Shown here in pieces: positions 36,445 through 48,093 of a stretch of 64,000 nt of DNA (position 1 is its first letter; each line of letters opens with the position of its first letter). Below the pieces are notes generated by a model. The model was not told where the DNA came from and ran no database searches. It saw only the letters and a program-made list of their open reading frames with translations. The stretch comes from Scyliorhinus canicula (lineage: Eukaryota). The DNA is taken from positions 38,555,729-38,619,728 of the forward strand of contig NC_052158.1 of assembly GCF_902713615.1 (NCBI RefSeq), given 5' to 3'. Made by a program: the position numbers and the translations under genes.

Positions 36445-36590
36445 GTACCTGGATAAAGAGGAAAAATTGGAAGGTGCAGAAAGGGATGAAGATGCAGAGA
36501 TACTGATGGTTCCCAGACAGAAATACACAGGATTTCGAAGCCCATTACTGTACACACTGTGGAAGGGAATGAAACAGATCATCTCTCCAG
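36445..36590 (+). CDS. TRIM exon 5 (linker, 146 nt)
   Basis: ttcaaacag|G TAC CTG..TCT CCA G|gtaaca. Encodes YLDKEEKLEG..YTLWKGMKQIISP; phase 2 in, phase 1 out. Confidence 0.9.
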
Positions 36591-36744
36591 GTAACAAACC
36601 CCATAGTATTCACTTTCTGTACAGTTTCCAGCTCTCTCGTCCTGAAGGTGCGGCTTGGATACAGGTCATGAGGGCAACAGCATTTGGGACCTCATTCAAG
36701 GGACCATTTTTGTCTGGGACCTGAGATTGAGAGACTTAAGAACG

Positions 36745-37060
36745 AGGGAATAGAATTCCTACAGTATCCATTGAGTCTGCACCATCCCTCCGAAAGAGCA
36801 CTCCACCCAGGCCCACTACCCCCTCCTATCCCTGTAACCCCACCTAACCTGCACATCTTTGGACTCCAAGGATAATTTAGCATGGTCAACCCACCAAACC
36901 TGCGCATCTTTGGACTGAGAGATGAAACCATAGCACCTGGAGGAAATCCACACAGACACGGGGAGAAAGTGAAAATCCCACACAGTCGTCACCCAAGGCC
37001 GGAATTGAACCTGGGTCCCTGGTGCTGTGAGGGAGCAATGCTAACCACTGTGCCACCGTA
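36745..37060 (-). mobile_element. V-SINE with CR1-type tail (older)
   Basis: Reverse-strand V-domain and head. Confidence 0.7.
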
Positions 37061-37579
37061 GGCTGTCCCAGATCAGAACATCTTATTTGGCACCCAATCT
37101 CTCAGACCGTCCAGTAAGGCCCACTGGACAGTGATCTGCATGCGATGCCTCGCTAATTGTTTGCCTCTGCATCTCAGAAAATGGAACAGTGATGAGGGGA
37201 ACACAAGAAGGCCATTTAGACCCTCAAGACTCTTTGGTCAATTCAATGCGATTGTGATTGATCTCCAACCCAACTGTATATCTTTGCCATTTCCTCATAT
37301 CACTACATACATTTGGTTAAAAATATATTAATTTCAGTTTTAAAATTAACCATTGAGCTCCAATAATTTGCAATTTTTCAGAATGAGTTTCAAATTTCTA
37401 TTATCCCTTCTGTGTAGATGTGTTTCCTAATTTCACCACTAAATTCTAGCATTTAAAAAATACAATTCTCTCAAGCCATTGATTCCCCAAACAGTGGAAA
37501 TAGTTTATTGGTTTACACTATTTTACGAGAGCGAAGAAACAATAGCGATACCAAAACATTTCTTGTTGTATTTTAAGAC

Positions 37580-38120
37580 CAAAAGACCTCGGAGCAGAAG
37601 TAGGCCATTCAGTCCATCGGGTGTGATCCACCATTCAATGACTGATCTGATATGGTAATCCTCAACTCCACTTTTCTGCCTTATCCCCTCGAACCTTTAA
37701 TTCCCTGACTGAGTAAAAATCAGTCTATTGCAGCATTGAACATACTGAACAACCCAGCAGCTACAGCTCTCTGCAGTAGAGAATTCCACAGATTCACTCC
37801 CCTCTGAGAAAAGAAATTCCTCATCATTTTTGTCTTAAATGAATAACTCCTTACGCTGAGATTATGCCCTCTGGTCCTCGACTTTCCCACAAGGGGAAAC
37901 AATCCCTGTCACGCTCCCCTGAGAATACTATATGTCTCAATAAGGTCACCTCTCATTCTTCTAAACTGCAATGAGTACAGGTCCAACTAGCATAACCTCC
38001 ACTCATAACAAAATCCCTCCATACCCGGGATCAACCAAGTTAACCTTCTCTCGACTGTCTCCAATGCCAGTATATCTTCCCTTCAATAAGGGGACCAGAA
38101 CTGCTCACAGTCTTCCAGGT
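37580..38120 (-). mobile_element. CR1 LINE 3' fragment
   Basis: MFPLVGKSRTRGHNL..RNFFSQRGVNLWNSL. Confidence 0.75.
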
Positions 38121-38639
38121 CTGGAATTCCATAGGCTACCAGCTGGTGGGAAAAATGCAGAGGAACCAATTTGTATGGAAATTTCACAGCAGAGCTATAA
38201 TTATAGAGTGGTTATAACGGAGAGACTTCAATGATCCATGTATAGACTGGGATAGCAACTGTTTAAAGTCTGAAAAGGAGAATTCCTCGAATGTGACCAG
38301 GGAATTTTCTATGCTTCAAGTCCAATGAAATGAAAAGCATTTCTGACCTTTTTTGTGGGAATGAAGTGGGATCATTGGATCAACAGGGAACATTAAGGGG
38401 ACATTTGTCATCGTATCACAGGATTCAGATTGGCTATGGAAATGGACAAGGAAATATCCAGAATAAGGGTACTTATTTAGTGGAAAACCAAATTCAATGA
38501 GGTGGGGGAGACCCAGCCCAGATAAACTGGAATTAAAGACCAGCGGGCAAACGTGCTACTGAAAATACGGTGCCCTCAAAGAGAAGTCAGTTTGGGTCCA
38601 GTCAAGGAAGATTCCCTCAACGAGGACCGGTAAGGCGAA

Positions 38640-39150
38640 CAAATCCAGAACTGCATGGATGCATGTCAGCATATGGGATACGTGCCTTTGAGAGCCAAGG
38701 TATAGAGTAAAAGAGCAAGGAGGTTATTTTTTTAAATTTAGAGTACCCAATTTATTTTTTTAAATTATGGGGCAATTTAGCGTGGCCAATCCACCTTCCC
38801 TGCACATCTTTGGGTTGTGGGAGCGAAACCCACACAAACAGGGAGAATATGAAAACTCCACACGGACAGTGACCCAGACAGGGATTGAACCTGGGACCTC
38901 GGCGTCATGAGGCAGCAGTGCTATCCACTGCGCCACCATGCTGCCCTAGCAAGAAGGTTATTATGGAGCTACAAAAAACACTGGTTAGGCCACAGCTGTA
39001 GTACTCTGTGCAGTTCTGGTCGCCACACTATAGGAAGGATGTGATTGAACTAGAGAAGGTGCAGAGGAGACTTACCAGATTGTTCCCTGGGCTGGATCGT
39101 TTCAGCTATCAAAAGAGGCTGGTTAGCCCCAGGTTGTTTTCCTTAGACCA
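38640..39150 (+). mobile_element. CR1 LINE fragment, split by a SINE
   Basis: LVRPQL.YSVQFWSPHYRKDVIELEKVQRRLTRL motif. Confidence 0.7.
38729..38947 (-). mobile_element. Poly(A)-type V-SINE with 15-bp TSD
   Basis: AGCAAG(G/A)AGGTTATT at 38714-38728 and 38948-38962. Confidence 0.85.
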
Positions 39151-39159
39151 TTGAAGTGG

Positions 39160-39497
39160 TGGCACGGTAGCACAAGAGGCTGCACAGTGGTTCACACAGT
39201 TGCTTCACAGCTCGAACAGTCCCAGGTTTGATTCCCGGCTTGGGTCACTGTCTGTGCGGAGTCTGCACATTCTCTGTGTCTGTGTGGGTTTCCCCTGGGT
39301 CCTCCGGTTCCTCCCACAGTCCAAAGAAGTGCAGGTTAGGTGGATTAGCCATACTCAATTGCCCTTAGTGTCCATAAAAAAAGGTTGGGTGGGGTTACGG
39401 GGATATGGTGGAGGCGGGGGCTTATGTGGGGAGCTCCTTCGAAGGGCCGGTGCACTCGATGGGCTGAATGGCCTCCTTCTGCACTGTAAATTTTCTG
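39160..39497 (+). mobile_element. V-SINE with CR1-type tail
   Basis: V-domain and GATGGGCTGAATGGCC tail. Confidence 0.75.
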
Positions 39498-39499
39498 AT

Positions 39500-39830
39500 T
39501 CGATGAAGTGCCCATTGCTCAGGAGCATGGGGCTGACTTACAAACAAAACTGCAGCAAAAGGGTTTTCAAGTATCTGAAAAGCGGGTGCAGTCTATCACA
39601 ACTAATATATGCATGGTCTATGGATTCCACAAGACTGTAAAAGACGCAGGCACCTTGGGAACCAGTAAACCGACGCATCCTCCAGTTCCATGGGACTGCG
39701 GTGTACAGCACCCTCCACCCCAGTTCCCCGATGTCAAGGAGGAGGACACCCCCATAGAGAGCCCTCCACCGGGGAGAAGATTTATGATGGGGTTCCCTGT
39801 ACATTGTATCAAGTGAAGTACATACAGATG
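39500..39830 (-). mobile_element. Tx1/L1-clade LINE C-terminal fragment
   Basis: ELGWRVLY.AVP.N.RMRRFTGSQGAC.F..L.ESIDH.YI.C.RL.PLF.YLK (zf-RVT-like). Confidence 0.7.
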
Positions 39831-39835
39831 AAGGG

Positions 39836-40035
39836 CGACAAGGTGGCACAGAGGTTAGCACTGCTGCCTCACAGCGCCGAGGGCCCGGGTTCGATCCCAG
39901 CGCCGGGTCACTGTCTGTGAGGAGTTTGCACATTCTCCCGTGTCTGTGTGGGTCTCACCTGCACAAGCCAAAGGTATTCAGGGTAGTAGATGGATTGGCC
40001 ATGCTAACTTGCCCCTTAATTGGAATTTTCTTTGA
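39836..40035 (+). mobile_element. V-SINE (poly(A)-type, diverged)
   Basis: tRNA head and GCCCCTTAATTGGAA end. Confidence 0.7.
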
Positions 40036-40101
40036 AAAAAGAACTTGCAGATGGAGGGCATTAAATGGATGGGTACTTGAGCACATATAAAAAGACACTT
40101 T

Positions 40102-40764
40102 GGGCGCGATTCTCCGCTCCCGCGGAAAATCGCAAAAGCCGTCGTGAAATCGGCCGACTTTCACGACGGCCTCGGAGCCCCCTCCCGGCACCGGATTCAC
40201 CCCCACCAGCATGGCTAGGAGCGAGGCTCCGGAGTTCTCGGCGGCACGGCCAATAACGCGCGGCCGGCGCCTATATGACGTCAGCCGCGCAAGCGCATGT
40301 TGGCCGACTCCAACCCGCGCATGTGCGGATGACATCATCGTGCAGATGGCACGTATCCGCGCATGCGCGGTGGCCGTCTTTCCCCTCAGCCGCCCCGCAA
40401 GACGTGGCGGCTTGATCTTGCAGGGCAGCGGAGGGGAAATAATGCGTCCGATTTGGACGCTGGTCCGACGATCGCGGGCCATTCCCCTCCCGAACACAGT
40501 CGTGGTTCTCTTGCCCAGATCGGCCGCCTAGAAGCCCCAAACGGGCATCTGGCGCCCGTTTCACGACAGCAGCGACCAGGTGTGTTTACCGCCGTCGTGA
40601 AATGGTCGTGAACGGCATGCCGCTCGGCCCATCCGGGTCGGAGAATCGCCGTTCGCCGTGAAAAACGGCGAGCAGTGATTCTTCCGAACGAGGGGGGCGT
40701 ACAAAATGTCCGGGGGCCCTCCCGCGATTCTCCCAGGCCGCATGGGGAGCGGAGAATTCCGCCC
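40102..40764. mobile_element. Complete GC-rich MITE (Harbinger-type)
   Basis: TIRs GGGCGCGATTCTCCGCTCCC / GGGAGCGGAGAATTCCGCCC; 3-bp flanks TTT/TTT. Confidence 0.8.
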
Positions 40765-41311
40765 TTTGTTCCTCAGTCTGTTTCGTTCAATTTTCCAACC
40801 CAAAATAGTTTACACTGACAAGGGAGTAGAGTGGAATTAGGAGATATATATCTGTAAGTTTCACTCTGCATTTGAAGTAAAGATTGCTTCTGGTGTCTTC
40901 CTTCACTATCGTACTACCATGAGGATACATGGTAGCTATTTCCATCTTAAATATATTCAAATGATTTTGCCTTCGCAGCCTTTCTGTGGTCGAGAATTCC
41001 ACAGGATCACCATCCTCTGAGTGAAAAGGTTTCTCCTTATCTCAGTCCATAATGGCCTATCCTGTTACCTGAGACTGTGACCTTTTGTTCTTGAACTTCC
41101 CCTTCCCAGCCAGAGGAAACAACATCCCTGCATGCAGCAACGAATGATTGACTAAAAGTGAAGGTTGAAAGCTAAATAGCTCACAATACTTTTGGCCATT
41201 GTGGAAATGGTATATTTACCATCAATGTTTTCAGAATATAATCCAATGACCAGTAGAAGAATGTAGTGGGTGTGTGGTCACGGGTTATGTCCATCCCAAG
41301 GAAGACACTGA

Positions 41312-41630
41312 ATCATTGAATTTACAGTGCAGAAGGTCATTCGGCCCAGCGAATCTGCACCGGCCCTTGGAAAGTGCACCCCACTTAAGCCCTCACCTCC
41401 ACCATACCCCCGTAACCCAGTAACCCCACCTAATAGTTTTGACACAAAGGGGCAATTTAGCATGGCCAACCCATCTAACCCACACACCTTTGGACTGTGG
41501 GAAGAAACCAGAGGAAACCCATGAAGGCACGGGGAGAAATTGCAAAATCCACACAGTCACCCGAGGCCGGAATTGATTCCCAGTTCCTGGAGCTGTGAGG
41601 CAGCAATGCTAACCACTGTGCCACTGTGCC
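41312..41630 (-). mobile_element. V-SINE with CR1-type tail
   Basis: Reverse-strand consensus. Confidence 0.75.
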
Positions 41631-42317
41631 CCTACCCCCCAACCCGGTAGTTCTAACTTTTGTCGCTTCCTACAAAAGTTAAAATCATCACAATGTATTT
41701 TGTGAGCTAGATGTTGATCATTTGGATATGAATGGAGATCTCGAACTTCTGGTGGGGTTCACTGATGATATTTTCGAGAAAAATGAGGTATGATCAGACT
41801 TTGATAGATTTCGAAAGACAAAGGATCAAACCATGGAATATATCATAGGCTTTAACAGACTGTATGAAGGATTGAAGGTTCATTTTTTAGATCTCTGATT
41901 CCATGTTCGCATTTAAATTGCTGGATTACACGAGAATGTCAGATTAGGAGAGTCTCCTTGTTCTGACTGGAGTTCGGTTCTAAGAGACAGACTCCCTGTC
42001 AGATCAGGGGCGAAATTCTCCGACCCCATGCAGGGTCGGAGAATCGGCCGGCGGCGGCGTTATTCCCGCTCCCGCCATGTTAAGAATTCTCCCAGCCGCC
42101 ATACAACGGCGTTGTTCAAATCCCGCCGCCCGCCTCAGAGAACAGCTGGCGCCAGCAGGATGTCATTTTATTTTTAGGCTGATTTATTCTCCGGCCCGGA
42201 TGGGCCGAAGTCCCGCCGACGTGGCCATGGATCACGTCGTCGAAAATCAAAGTAGGTTTATAACGGCGTCAACCATTGATGATGATTGACGTCGTTCAGT
42301 TACCCTACATCGAGTGC

Positions 42318-43830
42318 GGCGGGGGGGGGGGGGGAGAGTACCGGCGTTTGGGGGGGGAGGAGAGTACCGGCGTTTGTTCGTGGGGGGAGGAGAGTACCAG
42401 CTTTTGTGGGGGGGGCCGAGGGGAGTACCGGCATTTGTGTGGGGGGGGGGGGAGGAGAGTACCAGCGTTTGTGGGGGGGGCCGAGGGGAGTACCGGCATT
42501 TGTGTGGGGGGGGGAGGAGAGTACCAGCGTTTGTGGGGGGGGGGGGGGGAGTACCGGCATTTGTGTGGGGGGGGGGGGAAGAGAGTACCAGCGTTTGTGG
42601 GGGGGGGGAGGGGAGTACCGACATTTGTGTGGGGGGAGGAGAGTACCGACCTTTGTGGGGGGGGAGAGTACCGGCGTTTGCGTGGGGGGGGGGAGGGGAG
42701 TACCGGCGTTTGTGGGGGGGGGGGGGAAGAGAGTACCAGCGTTTGTGGGGGGGGGGGGAGGGGAGTACCGACATTTGTGTGGGGGGAGGAGAGTACCGAC
42801 GTTTGTGGGGGGGGGGGGGAGGGGAGTACCGGCGTTTGTGTGGGGGGGGAGAGTACCGGCGTTTGCGTGGGGGGGGGAGGGGAGTACCGGCGTTTGTGGG
42901 GGGGTGGGAGGAAAGTACCGGCGTTTGTGTGGGGGGGGGGAGGAGAGTACCGACGTTTGTGGGGGGGGAGGAGAGTACCGGCGTTTGTGGGGGGGGGGAG
43001 GAGGGTACCGCCGTTTGTGTGGGGGGGGGGAGGAGTGTACCGGCGTTTGTGCGGGGGGGGGAGGAAAGTACCGGCGTTTGTGTGGGGGGGGGGGAGGAGA
43101 GTACCGGCGTTTGTGTGGGGAGGGGGAGGGGAGTACCGGCGTTTGTGGGGGGGGGGGAGGAGAGTACCGGCGTTTGCGCGGGGGGGGGGAGGGGAGTACC
43201 GGCGTTTTTGTGGTGGGGGGGGAGGAGAGTACCGGCATTTGTGGGGGGGGGAGGAGAGTACCGGCATTTGTGGGGGGGGGGAGGAAAGTACCGGCGTTTG
43301 TGTGGGGGGGGAGGAGGGTATCGGCGTTTGTGTGGGGGGGGGAGGAGTGTACCGGCGTTTGTGCGGGGGGGGTGAGGGTACCGGCGTTTGTGTGGGGGGG
43401 GAGGAGTGTACCAGCGTTTGTCTGGTGGGGGGGGGGGGAGGAGAGTACCGGCGTTTGTGTGGGGGGGGGGGAGGAGAGTACCGGCATTTGTGGGGGGGGA
43501 GGAGAGTACCGGCGTTTGTGGGGGGGGGGAGGAGAGTACCGGCGTTTGTGTGGGGGGGGGGAGGAGAGTACCGGCGTTTGTGTGTGGGGGGGGGGAGGAG
43601 AGTACCGGCGTTTGTGTGGGGGGGGGAGGAGAGTACCGCCATTTGTGGGGGGGGGGGAGTAGTACCAGCGTTTGTGGGGGGGGGGAGGAGAGTACCGGCG
43701 TTTGTGTGGGGGGGGAGGAGAGTACCGCCATTTGTGGGGGGGGGGAGTACCAGCGTTTGTGTGTGGGGGGGAGGAGAGTACCGGCGTTTGTGGGGGGGGG
43801 GGGGGGAGTACCGGCATTTGTGGGGAGGTA
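42318..43830 (+). repeat. ~30-bp G-rich minisatellite inside element B
   Basis: Unit G(n)AGGAGAGTACCGGCGTTTGT(GT). Confidence 0.95.
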
Positions 43831-44246
43831 GCGGCTTTGGAGAGGGGTGGGGTGGGAGGGGGTGGGTCGGGGGGTAGGGGTGGGTGTGGTAGGGGTGGGG
43901 GGTGGGGGTAGGGGTGGGGGGAGTAGGGTGGGTGGGGGTGGGAGGGTAGGGGTGGGGGTGGGGGGTAGGGGTAGAGGTAGGGGGTAGGGGTACAGGGTTG
44001 GGGTAGGGGCAGCGGCGTGCAGAGGGGGGGGCAACGGTGCGTTGGCCCCGTGCATCCATTGGATGGGGGCATCAACAGATCTTCCTCAAGGCTCTCCTTC
44101 CTCCCAGCTGCCTTGTCTTTGTTTGAGAGAGAGAGAGAGAGGGAGATTGTGGGGACAGACAGAGTGAGAGAGACAGAGACAGGGAGTCCCGTCCGTCCTC
44201 TGGCTGAGAGCAGGGCTTTGGTGAGTATATTGCAATCTGCCTAAAC

Positions 44247-45182
44247 CCAGGAATATTGCCTGGTTAGAATGCAGAGGGAAATGCTGGGATCCCGGGGTGG
44301 GAGATGTGTCTGGATTTGTCTATTTCAGCTTCAGCCTCTGCGATTTCAGGTCAGTTTCACAACAACAGGAAAAACGCCCGGAGAGAGAGGGAAAAACTTT
44401 TGGCAAAGTTTCTGGGTTCTGCCTTCATAATTTACAGCGCAGAAAGGGTTCTGCGCTGTGAATTATCAAGGCACCTTTTCTAATCCAGGGGAGAAACAAC
44501 CTTTTGAAGAGTCTGAGGAAATAAACAGGAATTTGGATTTATTCTGCCTCCCCACCCCCTGGGCCTCTTTCTCCCTCCCCCTTTCTCCTCCTTTCTCCTC
44601 CCTCCCCCTTTCTCCTCCCTCCCCCTGTCTCCTCCCTCCCCCTTTCCCCTCCCTTCCCCTTTCTCCTCCCTCCCAGGTGTGGGGGCGGGGAAAAGAGGGA
44701 GGGTTCGGCATTCATCAGGGGCACTGCATTGAACCACCCCCACCCCCCTCCCAAATCATCCTCCATCTAATCTCATCCATCCCTCTTTTCCCCGCCCCCA
44801 CACCTGGGGTAAACACAGAACCTAAACCGCACTGTAAATCTGTGCCAGTGCACAGGGGGATCAAATAGCTCTGGAACAAAGGGCAGGATGAAGAGAATGT
44901 GAGAGAGAGAGAGAGGAGAAAGGGGGAGGGAGGAGAAAGGGGGAGGGAGGAGAAAGGGGGAGAAAGGGGCAGGGAGGAGAAAGGGGGAAGGAGGAGAAAG
45001 GAGGAGGGAGAACCCAGAAACTTTGCCAAAAGTTTTTCCCTCTCTCTCCGGGCGTTTTTCCTGTTGTTGTGAAACTGACCTGAAATCGCAGAGGCTGAAG
45101 CTGAAATAGACAAATCCAGACACATCTCCCACCCCGGGATCCCAGCATTTCCCTCTGCATTCTAACCAGGCAATATTCCTGG
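44247..45182. repeat. 174-bp perfect inverted repeat (44247-44420 / 45009-45182) enclosing further palindromes
   Basis: Arms are identical reverse complements by eye. Inner 29-bp IR at 44672-44700 / 44780-44808; 18-bp stem hairpin at 44427-44466. Confidence 0.9.
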
Positions 45183-45799
45183 AGATTTAGGGCTTAAAAG
45201 CAGGCCGCGACGCCGGAGTCACCGGCGCCGCTTTTGCCCGCCGGAAATGGGCGTCACGTAGGTAGGTCTTCGGTGAATTTCGCCCCTGCAGGTGTGTGCT
45301 GTTTTAAGAAAAATTCCTGGGGCGACATTCATTTCCAGCAACCGTGTTGAACAAATGGCATAGTCCATTGTGTCATAAAAGATGGAGGATTCGACGATTG
45401 CAACATTTAGAGATTGTCCAAATATTGGATATAAGCGTCAATACAACTGAAGAGTTCCATACAGGAAAAATTTGTTTGAACGTACATAGTAGAGCTAGTT
45501 ATCGCAGCAACAACAGCGGAATGAATGCCAGGCATGCCTTGGGAACAGTTAACGGGTGATTCAGGTGTGACTCAAAATATTATTATGCAACAAACTAAAC
45601 AAAGCGGAGAAGCAGTACCTTTGAAGTGACTCATGAACAGGGAATTCAGAGGCTGAAGAAGATGATAATGATTTATCAGAAGTAATTGTATTAGTCACAA
45701 GGAGCATTAGTTCGGCAATTACTCTTACAGTTCCAGATTCATTTAACTTTGTGGTCAGACCCATTGGCCAAGAACCACCGCAGCCCGACAAGACATCTG

Positions 45800-46120
45800 T
45801 CCTGAGGTCCAGGAAGAAGACTCACAGGTCACAGACACAGGGGCTGCTGTCTCAGTCATTGGACAACAAATCTACTGGAAAATTAGCACTGGGATCCACC
45901 ACCTGGGCCTAAGGGACACAAAGGCAAGGTTGGCGACGTATATTGGAGAATCAGTGACCATCATCAGGACAACAACTATGGTTACCTATGGGCAGCAATG
46001 ACTGACACTGATAGTGGTGCAGGGGCCCTGATCCAGTCTTTTGGGCCATGACTGGTTACAGAGATTCCGCCTAGATTGGCAACAGATCTTTAAAATTGGT
46101 ACAGGCAGATTGTATGAGGT
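45800..46120 (+). pseudogene. Gypsy aspartic protease relic
   Basis: DTGAAVSVI (GAC at 45834)..LRDTKARLATYIGE..VVQGP*SSLLGHDWLQRFRLDWQQIF, with stops. Confidence 0.7.
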
Positions 46121-46164
46121 CCTGGGTGTTCTTTGCTTTCTGAATGCTGTTCTTTGCTTTCTGA

Positions 46165-46640
46165 ATTCCCGGCGTGGGTCACTGTCTGTGCGGAGTCTGC
46201 ACGTTCTCCCCATGTGTGCGTAGGTTTCCTCCGGGTGCTCCAGTTTCCTCCCACAGTCCAAAGATGTGCATGTTAGGTGGATTGGCCATGATAAATTGCC
46301 CTTAGTGTCCAAAATTGCCCTTAGTGTTGGGTGAGGTTACTGGGTTAGGGGATACGGTGGAGGTGTGGGCTTGGATGGGGTGCTCTTTCCAAGAGCCGGT
46401 GCAGACGCGATGGGCCAAATGGCCTCCTTCTGCATTATAAATCCTATGAAACTATGATTTATTCTCCAATTAAGGGGCAATTTAGTGTGGCCAATGCACC
46501 TAACCTGCACATCTTGGGTTGTGGGGGTGAGCCTCACGCAGACACGGGGAGAATGTACAAACTCCACACAGACAGTGACCCGAGACTGGGTTCTCTGCGC
46601 TGTGAGGCAACAGTGCTACCCACTATGCTACCATGCCGCC
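46165..46640. mobile_element. Two V-SINEs, tail to tail (46165-46452 +, 46455-46640 -)
   Basis: V-domains in opposite orientation. Confidence 0.7.
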
Positions 46641-46981
46641 CTTCATTTAACTGTGATGTATAGTGCTTGTACTACTTGACAATTTGTCCCACATACTAGT
46701 TAAATGTTCCCTAGGATCACTTGGTAGTGAATATCGATGCAAGGTTAAGGAGTATAAAGGCTCGACTTATTTTAGGTTTGGTGATGACAACACATTGAGG
46801 ACACGATACCATTAATACCATTCAAAATAGCTGCAGCAAGGCACTTCATTAATCCTGATGTAGTCTATTGTAAGACCATTGATACCATTCAAAATAGCCA
46901 TGATGTGGAGATGCCGGCGTTGGACTGGGGTGAGCACCGTAAGAAGTCTTACAACACCAGGTTAAAGTCCAACAGGTTTGT

Positions 46982-47024
46982 TTCAAACACGAGCTTTCGG
47001 AGCACAGCTCCTTCCTCAGGTGAA
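46982..47024 (-). ncRNA. Minimal type I hammerhead ribozyme motif (mirror copy)
   Basis: Minus strand reads CAC-CUGAGGA-A-GGAGC(UGU)GCUCC-GAAA-GC-UC^-GUG. Confidence 0.65.
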
Positions 47025-47077
47025 CGGAGAGGTATACCTCTCATACCTCACACACATACCTCACACATACCTCTCCA

Positions 47078-47120
47078 TTCACCTGAAGAAGGAGCTGCGC
47101 TCCGAAAGCTCGTGTTTGAA
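47078..47120 (+). ncRNA. Minimal type I hammerhead ribozyme motif (Penelope-associated)
   Basis: CAC-CUGAAGA-A-GGAGC(UGC)GCUCC-GAAA-GC-UC^-GUG: catalytic core, stem II, palindromic AGCU stem III and short stem I. Confidence 0.65.
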
Positions 47121-48093
47121 ACAAACCTGTTGGACTTTAACCTGGTGTTGTAAGACTTCTTACTGGATTCAAAATAGCTGCAGCAAGGTACTTCATTAAT
47201 CCTGATGTAGTCTATTGTAAGACACTTTTGCTGTTGAGTAAGCCTTACATGAAAAAAAATCACAAATGAAATACGTCTAGAGCATGGGAAGACAATGTTT
47301 TTGTGAAGTCAGTAGATATTCAGTTCATTTAATCCGGGCATTATTGCATCTCCTAAAAGTACCTGGCCGTTCCAACCAAAGTGTTAGAGAAATGTCACTG
47401 ACATTCGGTGATAAGAATCAAAAAGAAACAAAAACAAATTATCTGAAGGTTACACAGACAATCTGCTCACACATCTTGTCAAAGATCAGTAATGTTGCTA
47501 AAAGGTGGAGGTGTGATTGATGAAGAGTACACGAGTTCATGGAAGAGATCCGTGCAAATGTGACATTTGTAATGAGTACCAGAGGGCACCACGACCTATT
47601 GTAGACCTTTCATTGGCAACCAAACTTAAGGACTGGATGTCACAGGCTTTAAGGCGTAGGAGCAGAACTAGGCCATTTCGCCCATTTGGTCTGCTCCAGC
47701 CCATCCAATGAGATAATGGTTGACTTGATATGATAATCCTCAACTCCATTTTCCCACCTTGTCTCCACAACCCTTGATTTCCTTGCTGATTGAAAATCTC
47801 TCCATCTCATCCTTGAACATACCTAATGACCACAAACTCAGTGGGACTCCCTGGAGTTGTAGAAATTAGTGGCGGGAACCTGATTCTGGAAATCACAGCT
47901 CTGCCACCTTTTGATATTGTGGTGTGAGGGTGAATGTTGGTGCGGATCATGAGCGTGCATCCAGCATTCCCATCCTGGCTGGCTCCATTGTAGAAATAGG
48001 CAACTCCGAACACTCGGAATTTTTGTTGTGAAGCAAAATCAGCTTTTTAAGAAGTTATGCTTCACAGTCCTTCAGACATGTCGTGGACAATAC

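Larger units (their letters stand above)
42008..45285. mobile_element. TIR element B (Harbinger-type) with minisatellite and cargo
   Basis: TIRs GGGCGAAATTC(T/A)CCG. The left ~290 nt and right ~95 nt are homologous to the ends of element C. CAG is duplicated at 42005-42007 and 45289-45291. Confidence 0.75.
41660..45760 (+). pseudogene. Degraded LTR-retrotransposon gag-like relic (41660-42007 and 45292-45760), split by TIR element B
   Basis: Stop-riddled SDFDRFRK..M.EYI..FNRLY..AFKLLD..LVLTGV..DQ|VCAVLRKFLG. GAT CAG GTG is restored when the insert is removed. Superfamily (Copia-like) is uncertain. Confidence 0.5.
46901..47166. mobile_element. Penelope-like element terminus as an inverted pair
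   Basis: 97-bp arms at 46939-47035 and 47067-47163 (3 mismatches). 12-bp TSD ATTCAAAATAGC at 46887-46898 and 47167-47178. Confidence 0.75.

Noticed and set aside
42247-44075. 350-600-aa Pro/Gly-rich ORFs on both strands
   Set aside because: They are translations of a stop-free G/C minisatellite and are open in nearly all frames, with no domain content.
44079-44484. Helitron interpretation of the cargo (A|TC start, hairpin, CTAA|T end)
   Set aside because: The terminal motifs are too short to exceed chance, the hairpin is longer than typical, and it does not explain the 174-bp inverted arm.
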